Origin: Podarcis tiliguerta
Lineage: Eukaryota
NCBI GenBank assembly: GCA_965153285.1
Contig: OZ229115.1
Length of the DNA: 64,000 nt
Reading direction: 5' to 3' (one strand)
In this document: piece after piece, positions 51,794-64,000 of the stretch
Position numbering within the stretch: the stretch's first letter is position 1
Layout of the letters: each line of letters starts with the position of its first letter
Notes under the pieces: model-generated
The model's input: only the letters and a program-made list of their open reading frames with translations
Database searches by the model: none
What the model was told of the DNA's origin: nothing
Translations under genes and position numbers: made by a program

Positions 51794-54608
51794 GTAAGTA
51801 AAAAGCATTTTTTAGGAGGTGTAGCAATATATTGTTTGATGAGTATGAAATGTAATTCCAGTGGAATCTTAACAGATTTTACCAACTGATAATGCAAACA
51901 ACAAGATAGGCTTTGAAAGAGCATACATTAGGAAAGACTTGGTGATTCTGTGAGAAGTACATAGTTCTATAGAAGTACACTGGCTATTCCGTTGTTTTAA
52001 GTGTTTCTCTGCAGAATAGACCTTACCAGTTTTTAAGTAGTCATTATGCACAGATAATGATAATAGATGCAGACTAGAGGACCGTGCAATGACTCTTCAT
52101 GTCCAGCAGGAGATTTGATTGTTCTCTCCTGGAACAGCATCATGGCAAGTCACTTTGGATAACATGGGTAATGTTAGGCTGTGTCATTGGAGAAGCTGTT
52201 TAGGATGAGAAAATGCAAGTTTTGGAATATATTGCAAATTTATGAATGCACATAAAGGGTCTCTGTAGGTTGTGGATCATGTCTATAGAAGCATGGTGAT
52301 ATAGGAAAACTTGCTAAGTCTCAGAACAGATACTAACTGTGCCAACTAGTTTCATTGTTAGGAATTTTTTTCTTAAAAAAAATCTTTGTACAACATGTAG
52401 CAACATTAATTAATTAAGCACCTTAGAAATTTACATTTTCGAACTAGAGCAGGCAGTGCCCTTGTAGACCATATAGTCCAATTGCAGTCTTTAAAATGCA
52501 GTATATTTCATACTTAAAAGACTCCCTTGCCAGGTGCATGTCTGGGTCTGAATTCTTCAAGGAAGCAGACTCCAGATGTTTGCTAGACACGTTTCCCACT
52601 GCATGCTGGCCCCTACCATACTTAGGCAATAGCTGTAATACTAAATGTAAGTAATGGCTGTAGTTCAGCCGAGTTCATAAGCTCCCGCAGTTAACAATAT
52701 GTGAAGTCCTGTTAAAATGGGGTGCTTGAACTGAAGCAGTTAAAATCAGCTCTGGGCCTGCAGACTCCCAGGTGAGGTGGCAATCAACAGGGCACTTACC
52801 TGCAACAGTGGGAGAAGTTATGGGCAAGTAGGGCAAGTATTCATCTGTGGTGAGTGTGTCCCCAAGTAGTTTCTGGGGAATCATCAGTTTAATGCAGTTT
52901 ATACTGCCTTAAGGTCCTCTGTCTGATTAATGTTGTAGCAGTGATCATTGTCTTCCATATTTGACACATAATAAGAAAGAACATTATGTTTGTTTAGCTA
53001 TGATGCCATTGTACTTGTTGGGCCTTTTCTCTCATCTGAAATTTTGTTTATTGATGTTTATGTTTGATACATGTGAGTAATGGTAACAATGCTTGCTGAC
53101 TCCCAAGTGGGGGCTTTGAATGGTAGACAACCATTTCATATTGCAGACTGTAGTATGGAGGACTGCTGTGTATTTGCCAAAAGTCATCTTGGTGCATGGA
53201 ATTTATCTATTTCATTTATAGCCCACCTGTCTGCCAGTTTACAAATCTTTGGAACCTGACTACATTATTTGAATAGAGCTAGTTATATATATATAAAATT
53301 AGTTTTCAATTACAAAAAATCCAATATATGCCACATTATATCCATGCCAATGATCAGAGCTATATCTAAGTATCCTATTTTAACTAATAATGAACTGTGT
53401 TCATTTGCTGTAGAAAAAATAAAGCATTGTTTACTTGATTAAACATTCGGGGAAAAGTGCACTTTCAGAGTAGTACATGTGGAACAAAATGTAATGCATT
53501 TCTTCAAAAAGTTGGTCACTATGATGTATTCACATCATGGTGCTTGTTTGTGAAGTCCATCTGAAAAGTGATATTTAAATACCATAAACAAATAAATAAT
53601 TGTTCTGCCATTTGATCCCCCCCCCCAATGTCTAAACAAGGTTGCTTCTGGAAGATTCTTAATTGGACTGGTCTTTAGTTAAAATTAGGTGATAAGGTTT
53701 GCAATGTGTGCCAGTTTCCCTCATCCTTTTGAAAAGAGAATGGAAGCAGGTGTATGCAGTAACATCTCAGAGATCTGAGTAATAAATTCCAAAGGCTGTT
53801 GTGACAGTCATGTAAATAATGTGGCAAGATCCCAGATTATAAAGTACAGGACGTTTCTAATTTGGCTGTTGCTGTAGTATCCAACCTCTCTTATATATCC
53901 ATAATTTTTGTGGCTTACTTTACTATACCATGTAATCCTAGTGATAGTTTCACATTATCTATTATGAATATAAAATTTAGTAGTAGGTGTCTTACTCTCA
54001 CTACTATTGATTTCTTGTAACAAAACAGCATCTGGTTTAATTTGCCTTAACTTTATGAGCACAGTAGACAGATAGACGAACTCTTAAATGCCCAGAATTG
54101 ATTACTTCAGGTTGTTTCCTACAAAAGATACAGTATCAGCAATGTGATTGACTTCCAAGATAAAATTATTGAACATATTAATCATTTACTTGTTCACTTC
54201 TAAAAGCAGTGTATTTTTATATGGGCATTTTAAATTTGCACAAATTTGCTGGATTAATCTCTTCAGTCCATCTTTGATTTTTGTCAACTACTCGCTTTAT
54301 TCTGATATACTGTATTGTCATTTTCCAAAGTAAAAAAAGCACAGTAATCCCCAATAATCGTTGACTGGGTTTTTTTTTTTTTTTACACAAGGCAATATAC
54401 AGTCTTATTGCTGTGCATATTATACCAGTGTGAGATGAGCTGTTGGCTGCTGAATCCAGTTCATAACTTGAATGTAGAAGGACCCACATGTTTAAAGTGT
54501 TTGTAAATGGCATCTTTATTCTTATCATTCTTAAAATATCTCACCACCCAGAGTTATAGTCTTTGGGAACTGAATTAACCACTCTCCTCTTGTATTCTTG
54601 TGCTTTAG

Positions 54609-54741
54609 GAGTTTGATCCTGAAGAGTTCTACCATCTGCTAGAAGCTGCTGAAGGCCATGCCAAGGAAGGGGAAGGAATTAAATGTGACATCCCTCGTTA
54701 TATTATTTGCCAGCTGGGACTCACCAGGGATCCCCTGGAGG
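54609..54741 (+). CDS. MAST2: MAST2 exon ([19 protein letters not shown]...TRDPLE)
   Basis: ctttag|...G|gtgagg, 133 nt. Confidence 0.97.
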
Positions 54742-54821
54742 GTGAGGACTTTCACTTTGCTTTCTTAGGACTATATAGAGCACAAGTAGGTTAAGAAACA
54801 GAAGCCCTCCTTGTTACCTCC

Positions 54822-54910
54822 AGTCGCAATCCTATGCATGTCTGCTCAGAAGTAAGTTCCACTGAGTTCAATGGAACTTACTTCTGTGTTTGTGAGTATA
54901 ATATTGCAAG
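54822..54910. repeat. Small hairpin dispersed repeat (~90 bp)
   Basis: agaagtaagttccactgagttcaatggaacttacttct palindromic core; related degenerate copies near 16320, 37960 and 58770. Confidence 0.65.
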
Positions 54911-55539
54911 ATTAGTCTGAGGGCTGATTCACACATTAAGAAATACAGTGGTTGTGTATTAAGTGTGAGAGGTAAACTGCTTTTTTAAAAAAAATTGTTT
55001 ATATACAGTAATTACATAGTGAGTGAGAGCTACAGTTAGCACCAGGTGACCACAAAGTATTTCCAAAGGTGGTTTCCTTTATGGGGTCCATGTAGTGTAC
55101 ACAGTAACATCATAATGTGTGGCGTGGCCCTGGGTGGCACATCTTTGACTGACGTATTTTCCATCTTCAGCATTCTGTGCTCTCCAGCTTCCAGGTAAAT
55201 GGTGACTTTTCTGATGTACTGTTTGCTCATCAGAATCCTTGAGATGAAATGGACACTTTTGTAAAACTGTGAAATTATCGCTTTAACCCTAAATAAACAC
55301 ACATGTTGCAATTAGTTTGTTTAAATGTTCTGGAGAAACTTTTGATTAAAGAATCCTGCTATGAAAAAATATTATGAACACCACCTTCTTCCACCTGACG
55401 CCTTCAGATTTTGGCCACATACTCTTGAGTATGGAGAACTGTGTGTCTTAGCTTGCATGTGGGTGAAGAAACGAGGTATGTGATCACCATATTGCATACT
55501 ATTATATCCTAAGAGTGTGCATTTCTGGTTTCCCCCCAG

Positions 55540-55607
55540 AAATGGCCCAGCTGAACAGCTTTGATAGCCCAGACACTCCAGAGACAGATGATTCTACTGA
55601 GGGAAAG
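55540..55607 (+). CDS. MAST2: MAST2 exon (MAQLNSFDSPDTPETDDSTEGK)
   Basis: ccccag|...AAG|gtactg, 68 nt. Confidence 0.92.
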
Positions 55608-56076
55608 GTACTGAGTTAAAGGATCACTTTTAATCATATAATAGCAGGTCTGTAATAAAGCCATTCTGTGTTAATGGGGTATTATTAAAGTCTAAATTGT
55701 GCATGGATATAATCATTTCTGTTCATGAAGAATACCTGAATGCTCTATATTTAAAAAGGAGATTAAAATTTTAAACTCTTCTACCGCACTGCCCCCCAAT
55801 GCATGGCCATATATGATGTGTTTCAGTCAGAAACAGTAAGAATTGCTCCAGTCTTTCTCTGGATAATATCAGTAAAGAGCTACAAAAGTGTATGTCAAAT
55901 TGTTGAGATAAAACAGGTAGAACAAAGTTTAAGAATAGAGATTTTAGAAGCACAATGAAACCATTTAAAGACGCTTCCAAAGCAGAATTGGTTGTGATTG
56001 GCTTTAGACTTAAATATATGTATTTTTAAAAGATTAACATTAAAAGGAGAGTGAAAAGTATTTCTGGTGTTTTCAG

Positions 56077-56162
56077 AGTCGGGGAGCCACTGTGCAAGCC
56101 AAGAAAACTCCATCTGAAGAGGAATTTGAAACAATTAAGCTAATCAGCAATGGTGCATATGG
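56077..56162 (+). CDS. MAST2: MAST2 exon ([28 protein letters not shown]), kinase glycine loop
   Basis: tttcag|...GG|gtaagg, 86 nt. Confidence 0.96.
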
Positions 56163-57070
56163 GTAAGGATATAAGATTATGTCTATCCATTAAAAGAAAT
56201 TCATTTGAAGTCTAACTGTGAGTCATAAATGACAGTGATTCAGGAGATCTGTAGCTATAGCTCCTGATATTTGTACTTTAAACCCACTGCTGAGGGAAAG
56301 TAAGTTTGTCAGATTTGATTGAAACCATGCTGCCCCTCTGTGCTGTTTTTGTGATCTCTCTGTGCTATCCCCAGAGTAGAAGCACATCCAGCCCCCCCCC
56401 ACAACTGCTTTAAAGTTAACCAAACATGTTTGAAGATCCCATATTGCACCTGTTTCAGCTCAAACATTGAGAAGTTCCACTACTCTTTATCCCCTGTGGC
56501 CCTGAATAAAATAGGGGGAAAGTATGAAATTAATTTTGATCACAAAATTTGGGAAGGGGGGGGGGACACATGTTCAACGGTGTTCCTTGAAACTTTTCAA
56601 TTTTATTTTATTTTTTACTTGGTAAGATTTTAAAAGATTTCATATATAATTGCATTCTAAACATTTTATAAAAGACTTGAGATGAGTTGATCAGCTACTC
56701 TTGTTATGCTGTGCTGATAATTTTTTCCCCAGTTACTTGTGAAATATTCTGTATATAGTATGACACAGTAGTCTCTCTGAAAGAAAAGGAAATTGGCCTG
56801 ATTATTCAAAAGAATTGGAAAATGTTGATATTAGTGCACAGGCAGATAACGATATAATGATAAGCGTGAAAATAATATTTGATTATAGAAGTCCTGTTTC
56901 TTATAGATGAACATTACACAGAGCTCAGACAGAAACTATGACTTGTTGCGCTCACCCATTATGAATTTGAGTCAGAACTGAGATCTTATCAACATATTTA
57001 TCATTGCAGAAGGAGCAGGGCAAGAAAAATCTTCGTAACTTTATCATCTAATCCAATAAGTGAATCCTGA

Positions 57071-57370
<300 letters not shown>

Positions 57371-58882
57371 TAGAATTCATCTTGTCACAATAATGATCTT
57401 ACATATTGACCAGAAAGTGGTAGAGAATTTTATATGTGCTGACTTGCATGGTGCTTTCCAGTATTCTCAAAAGTGTCCCATAGGTGCCATCTTAGAGGAT
57501 GGAATAATAAATCCACTGTGTGCCACAAAGGTTTTAACCTTGAGTGGAGATGGGCCACCCTTGAGGTGGTCCTGTTCATCATGGACTAGTTAGCCATGTT
57601 TGCTCTTGAAACCATAGGCACTGGTATCTGACTTAAGGGTCATGTGAAAGAGATAAGAAATTGGAGAATGTTCTTCACAGTGGAATGAATTGAATATACT
57701 CCTACACTATATTCTCTTCCATAGGGAAACAGCCATGGAATTTGAGGCTGGCTAATAACTATAGTATTATCCATACAGAATTAAGTGTAATGACACTTGC
57801 CAGAGTCTGTCACTTGAGGAATAATTAAAATTAGTCAAATATCTGCGATCAGTGTCCCCTTATTTCTTAGGTTTGCAGTTTTTGTAGTGTTCTAAAATTC
57901 CAAGTTGTTCAACATCCAGGAGGGGTTTTTACCCAACTAACTACATTTAAGAGTGAGAGTACTCACACGACAACTCCCACTCATGCCTTTAAAACCCACG
58001 AGTGCACTCAAAGTGGAGCACTATCCAGACACTTTAGCTAGTTCAGAGAGAGGTTCTCACCCCTTCATAGACTGGGTTCCTAGGATCATACAATGCCAGT
58101 CTTCTGTTGTCTGTATAAGTTTTCTTATTTGGGAAGGTCAAAATTTTGACTTGCACAACTCTTGGTGGATTGGACCCCAGCATTCTTAGCAGAGGTTCGT
58201 GTCTCTTTTTGATGAACCAGAAGTATCCTCATTGCTTTTTTGTGTGTAAAGTGAGAACAGGAAAGCTACTGCAAGTCTGTTGCTCCATTTCTGTGCTGCT
58301 CCTTGTTCTTTGGAGACTTGCTTTTTGTTTTGTTTTTAAGCACTGCAAGGTCTGTCATATTTTACCCAACAAGCACAACTATTGTGGCTGGTGATGCCAT
58401 GAGCACTACAGATCAGTCCTCCTCCTGTGCTTTCACTGTTGTGTATTACTATTTTGAAAAGTCTTTAGAAGCTAAGCATGACATAGGATACCCATTGCTG
58501 TAGAGAGTGCTCACCTAAATGTAAATACATACAACACTACCTTCTCTCTAGCAGCAATAAACTACTGTTTTTCTTTCACCCCTTTTCTTCTTTTGTGTAC
58601 TTACGGGAACTGCTCCTCACTAGTACACATTCATACTGGGAAAAGGGTTACAAGCCCAAGACTTCAGACTGTTGTGCCAGAGGCAGTGTATTGGAGCAAA
58701 TCTTAGCCAGTATAAAGGAGGATATTATTAAAATGTTGCACTGGCATATTGCAGTCTCGTACCCATAGCCACCTACCTGAGAATAAACCTCATTGAACTC
58801 AATAGAACTTGTTTCTGAATAGATGTGTATCGGATTTTGCTATAACAAGTTGCATTCATCAGATTTGGCTGACAGACAGTGA

Positions 58883-59113
<231 letters not shown>

Positions 59114-59752
59114 TAGTCGCAGCTGTCCATGCTAAAAATAGTTATAGGAACGATGTGTGCCTCCCCCCCCCCCCCCCCGCAAGGGCAAGTTTTTATTTTA
59201 ATATTCATGTTACTGAGCTCTTTACAGATGTCATTCTGTGCTTTTATTAGTGAAATATATTTGAAATATATTTAGGCGATTCATGATTGCTTAAATTTGA
59301 AGTGAGGGTTAAATTTTAAATATAACAAAGTGGGGGGTCCCATTGTCCCTGTGCAGTGCCTATACTTTAATAGCTGCTAAAAATGCAGACAGGGCACAAC
59401 TTTATAGCAGATATCTTGGCTCAAACTTTAATTTTAAATGTTTGTGTACAAAGTTGCTCAGAAGTGAATCAGTAAGACATTAAAATGTTGCTGATCACTT
59501 TCATGCCCAGCTAAAGGTACTCATGCTGATCTTTACAGTCCTGTGTGGAAAGTCATCACATTGAGATCAGTACGAGAGGCCCTGATCAGTGTTTCCTCAC
59601 TTAAGAGTGTGCCTTCATTGTGGAAAAGAGTATATCTGTAGAATTCTCTGCCTGTGGAGGTTTGCCTCTATACTATGTGGCAGTCAAGACTCTAAATTAA
59701 GGACATTTTATCAAGTGTTTTGGTAGATCATAAACAGTATAACATTGTATAA

Positions 59753-59941
<189 letters not shown>

Positions 59942-60450
59942 TGAAGTTTTCTTTTTGAAACATCTATAAATAACTGCACATGCTGTTCTTTAAGGAAGCC
60001 AGTAGCAAGTATGTGCCCTGCAGGTTTTGTGACACATATCTCTTTGATCCACAGGTGGTATAATAAAATCCATATTTATTAAAGATCCCTAGGTATAGGG
60101 CAGTTACAGATACAGTTCCATTTGGACTGCAAAACTACATTCATGCTGATGACCCTTGTGTACATCTTCAAACATTTGAAAGTTAAAAATCTTTATATAA
60201 TTTGTTCAAAGCCATGGCACTATTGGACTTCTTAATGAAATAAAAAAGGAATGTGAGTTGTCTTCATGGATGCATTTTATTATGAAGAAAGCTTCAACTA
60301 TAAAAGGACAAAAGTTTTGTTTTTAAAATCTTCTGAACCGTCTCAGGATAATTGCAGTAACTTTGTAACTCCTAATTGGCTTCGGTGTGGGGTTTTAAGT
60401 TTTCTAATATGAAGTTACATTCTCTGGGATGCTTCCAGTAGGAAAGATAA

Positions 60451-60801
<351 letters not shown>

Positions 60802-60936
60802 TGACCCTGCAGGAACAGCTTTTGTAGGGCACAGAAAGCTGCATCTTTGTAGGGGGCAGAGAAGGCAATAAAATCTCATTCCCCGGGCAGAATACTGCAT
60901 TTTTCTATTCTAATCCTATCAAACTAATTTATATAG

Positions 60937-61038
60937 ATGAAATTGCCTGGCCAGAAGGAGATGATGCTTTACCACTAGATGCGCAGGACCTCATCGGTAA
61001 ACTTCTCCGACAAAATCCTATGGAAAGGCTGGGAACAG
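60937..61038 (+). CDS. MAST2: MAST2 kinase exon (EIAWPEGDDALP...ERLGT)
   Basis: atatag|...G|gtacaa, 102 nt. Confidence 0.96.
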
Positions 61039-61442
61039 GTACAAACTCATTTTTATCATAACGGTTGTGGGAAACTCTGAAATATAACCACAGGATGTGA
61101 AAACCAACCCCCAAACCTGCTAATTGCAAGGGGGGAGTATGGTGACCATGCAGTTAACCTTCTCAGTGATCTGCTGTTTCCTCAGCCTTTGGCAGAATGG
61201 CCATTAAAAGGGTATAGGGTTCTGCAGCAGAAATATGTCCTTACAAATGGGGAGCAAGAGCTGAATGGTGCAATTTTTTCCCCATTCCCTGACTTGTTCC
61301 CATCATAGCAATTGGGTCTTGCAGTTGAGCTCTACTTTGTTCTAACAGTAGACTGATGTTTAAACATTTTTTGAAGGGTAGACTTACTGGCTTCATTTCC
61401 TATGACATGGTTTAAGAATTCCTAACAATGTTGTCATTTCAG

Positions 61443-61565
61443 GGAGTGCTTTTGAGGTGAAGCAACACAGATTCTTCAAGGATTTGGACTGGAATGGATT
61501 ACTCCGACAAAAGGCAGAATTTATTCCACAGTTAGAATCGGAAGATGACACAAGCTACTTTGACA
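61443..61565 (+). CDS. MAST2: MAST2 exon ([40 protein letters not shown]), AGC C-tail
   Basis: tttcag|...A|gtaagg, 123 nt. Confidence 0.97.
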
Positions 61566-62985
61566 GTAAGGGGGGAAAGTTGACTGTTAACTGTAGATGA
61601 TTTTCAGTATTATTGTTAATATTGTGAATTAAGATGTGCACGTAAGTAGCTTGCAAACCTGTTAATGAAAGGGAGTTATGAGCATATTTTGAGCTTTCAG
61701 ACAAAACCCATTCAACCTTCTGATTCAGAAATCATTCACTCATACAGCCTCATACTGCATTACGCCTTGCAAAAAATGTCATTCTTGGATCCCAATGTAA
61801 TGTTCAGAAGTCTGAGTTATATTAAGGTTCTTCTGCACTGTGCAGATAAACTCATGATAAGCTTTTAGTTGGATTGGATTTGAAAGTAAAACTTTGTGCA
61901 TTGGTAGTTGGTGTTATATGAGGCAATGAAGTAGTAACAGGGAGAATGCTATAAAATAGGCAAGACCACTAAGGATGATCTGTTGCACATACTGGTCTAT
62001 AAAGTTTGCACTAAACTACTCATAGTAAAATAAAAGACAATTTGTAAACTATTGTAGAGAGAGCTTCGAATTTGAGAAATCTGACAAAAGGCCTTGAGAA
62101 GTCTACCTTACCCAGATACAGGTTTTCTTTCAAGCTAAGCCTCCCAGATAGGAATTGTCATTTCTGTCTCCTATACAGCATGCAGCTGGTGTTGAGGCCA
62201 ACTATAATCAATATGTACCTGAAAAGGTGGATTTTATTTGCTTCTGCAGCACAGCATGTGCATCAAGCAGCTCAATTAAGTATTTTGGTTTGTTGTTTTG
62301 AGTTGTCAGTTTCAAAATTAGAATTTAAAATTAGACTAATTGTCATTCTGTCTTGCTAGCCCATTGCTCCTTATATGCAATGATTAAGTTCCATCATGGC
62401 TATGAAAACTACCAATTACAATTGAATTGGTTTCTGCTAAGAAAAGTTATCACTTTTCAGTCCCACCGTTCTGTTGTCAAGATGCGTTGAGTACATTTAT
62501 TGTCTCAGCTACTTGAGGATGTGAATATTAGTGCAGCTAACAGACAATCTGTTGTTTACTCCGCAAGTGTGACAGAGGTATAACAGTAAAAGTAGCTTCA
62601 GTTGCTCTTGCTGTAGCAAAACTATATTAAAAGTAATTTGAATGTGCACAGCCAGGCTAACAGGATTTCTACAACCATGATGTTAATAATTGAAACTCCA
62701 CCTTTTTATTGTAGTCATGGTGGACTGACAAGAGAACTGCCTGAATCTTTGGTTTTAAAAGTTTGAAAAAGCTGTACTTTTGTAATTCGTTTTGATAACT
62801 TTGTGTACCTTATGGCCAGGAAAAATGAAAATTTGATGGTGAAAGAAAACAATGACTGCTATCTAAGAATCAAGCCAAATTATATTCCACTTGTATAATT
62901 GATGAATCTCAGGAAAGTCCCTGATCTCAAGTAGGATATTTATTTGTAAATCCCAAAAGTGCCAACTGTTCCTTGCCTGTTGAAT

Positions 62986-63163
62986 GTTGTTGTTGTTTAG
63001 TCGTTTAGTCGTGTCCGACTCTTTCTGACCCCATGGAAACGAGCACGCCAGGCACTTCTGTCTTCCACTGCCTTCCGCAGTTTGGTCAGACTCATGTTTG
63101 TAGCTTCGAAGACACTATCCAACCATCTCGTCCTCTGTCGTCCCCTTCTCCTTGTGCCCTCCA
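62986..63163 (-). mobile_element. 5'-truncated BovB (RTE) LINE 3' end
   Basis: - strand reads EGTRRRGRQRTRWLDSVFEATNMSLTKLR...KSRTRLND followed by a (CAA)n tail; perfect 12-bp TSD tgcctgttgaat (62974-85, 63164-75). Confidence 0.92.
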
Positions 63164-63207
63164 TGCCTGTTGAATACATGACCTCAATTTTGTGTTCTCG
63201 TTTGCAG

Positions 63208-63317
63208 CTCGCACCGAGCGATATCAGCATTTAGATTCTGAGGAAGAGGATGACACAAATGATGATGATCATGTGGAACTTAGGCAGTTTTCCTCATGTT
63301 CACCAAGGTTTAGCAAG
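63208..63317 (+). CDS. MAST2: MAST2 exon ([15 protein letters not shown]...[10 protein letters not shown])
   Basis: ttgcag|...AAG|gtatat, 110 nt. Confidence 0.96.
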
Positions 63318-63427
63318 GTATATATTTTTAATAAATAGATGGGATTTGAACTCTGTTGTGGTCAAAACAGTATGAACAGCTGTATGATATCTCTAACTTA
63401 CATGGAAGCTAGGCTGTTTAGGAGGTA

Positions 63428-63926
63428 CAGTGGTACCTTGGTTCTCAAACTTAATCCGTTCCAGAAGTCCGTTCCAAAACCAAAGCGTTTCTAAACCATG
63501 GTGCACTTTCCCATATAAAGTAATGCAAAATGGATTAATCTGTTCCAGTCTTTTAAAAACAACCCCTAAAAAAGCAATTTAACATGAATTTTACTATCTA
63601 ATGAAACCATTGATCCATAAAATGAAAGCAATAAACAATGTACTGCAGTCACACAATCAATCAATCAATCAATCAATCAGTAGCTGAAGTGGGTTCCACA
63701 CAGTCACAAAAACAAAAACAAAAGAGCCGTGAAAACAAAAATGCAAAATAAATAGCAAAAACAGACAGAACTCAGAGTAACACTCAAAACGGAATCGTGG
63801 CGCTAAAAACGGAGCACATTCAGCTTCTGAAAAAAGTTCGCAAACTGGAACACTTACTTCCGGGTTTGCAGTTTTAGCTTCCAAGTTGTTTGAATACCAA
63901 GGTGTTTGAGAACCAAGGTACCACTG
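63428..63926. mobile_element. Tigger/pogo-like MITE containing (CAAT)n
   Basis: TIR cagtggtaccttggttctcaaac / gtttgagaaccaaggtaccactg; TA TSD. Confidence 0.92.
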
Positions 63927-64000
63927 TAATTACTTACCTGTACAAGAGCTGCCCATTTGTAAATGGACTCTGGGCCCAACAGAGTTCTGTGCTGTGATTG

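Overview
Vertebrate genomic DNA, AT-rich and CpG-depleted. The repeats (Sauria SINE, RTE/BovB, CR1, L2, many hAT and Tc1/mariner MITEs) point to a squamate reptile, probably a lacertid lizard (inference). The whole window lies inside one + strand gene, MAST2 (microtubule-associated Ser/Thr kinase 2). I traced 17 core coding exons by GT-AG sites and frame continuity. They run from CRTSNRKS (28089) through DUF1908 and an intact AGC kinase domain into the AGC C-tail (63317). The 5' exons and the PDZ/C-terminal exons lie outside the window. The most interesting region is the first 28 kb, upstream of the phase-2 acceptor at 28089. It holds a 207-nt cassette exon, a MAST1-like alternative first exon (MSDSFWTVLSNFS...), a candidate 15-nt microexon with a downstream TGCATG cluster, an apparently decayed coding exon (8071-8420) and a possible poison exon. 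A 21-nt microexon lies at 37777. There is also tentative evidence for a decayed multi-exon gene on the antisense strand at about 20.5-24.6 kb. Homology statements rest on my recall of human MAST proteins and were not searched.
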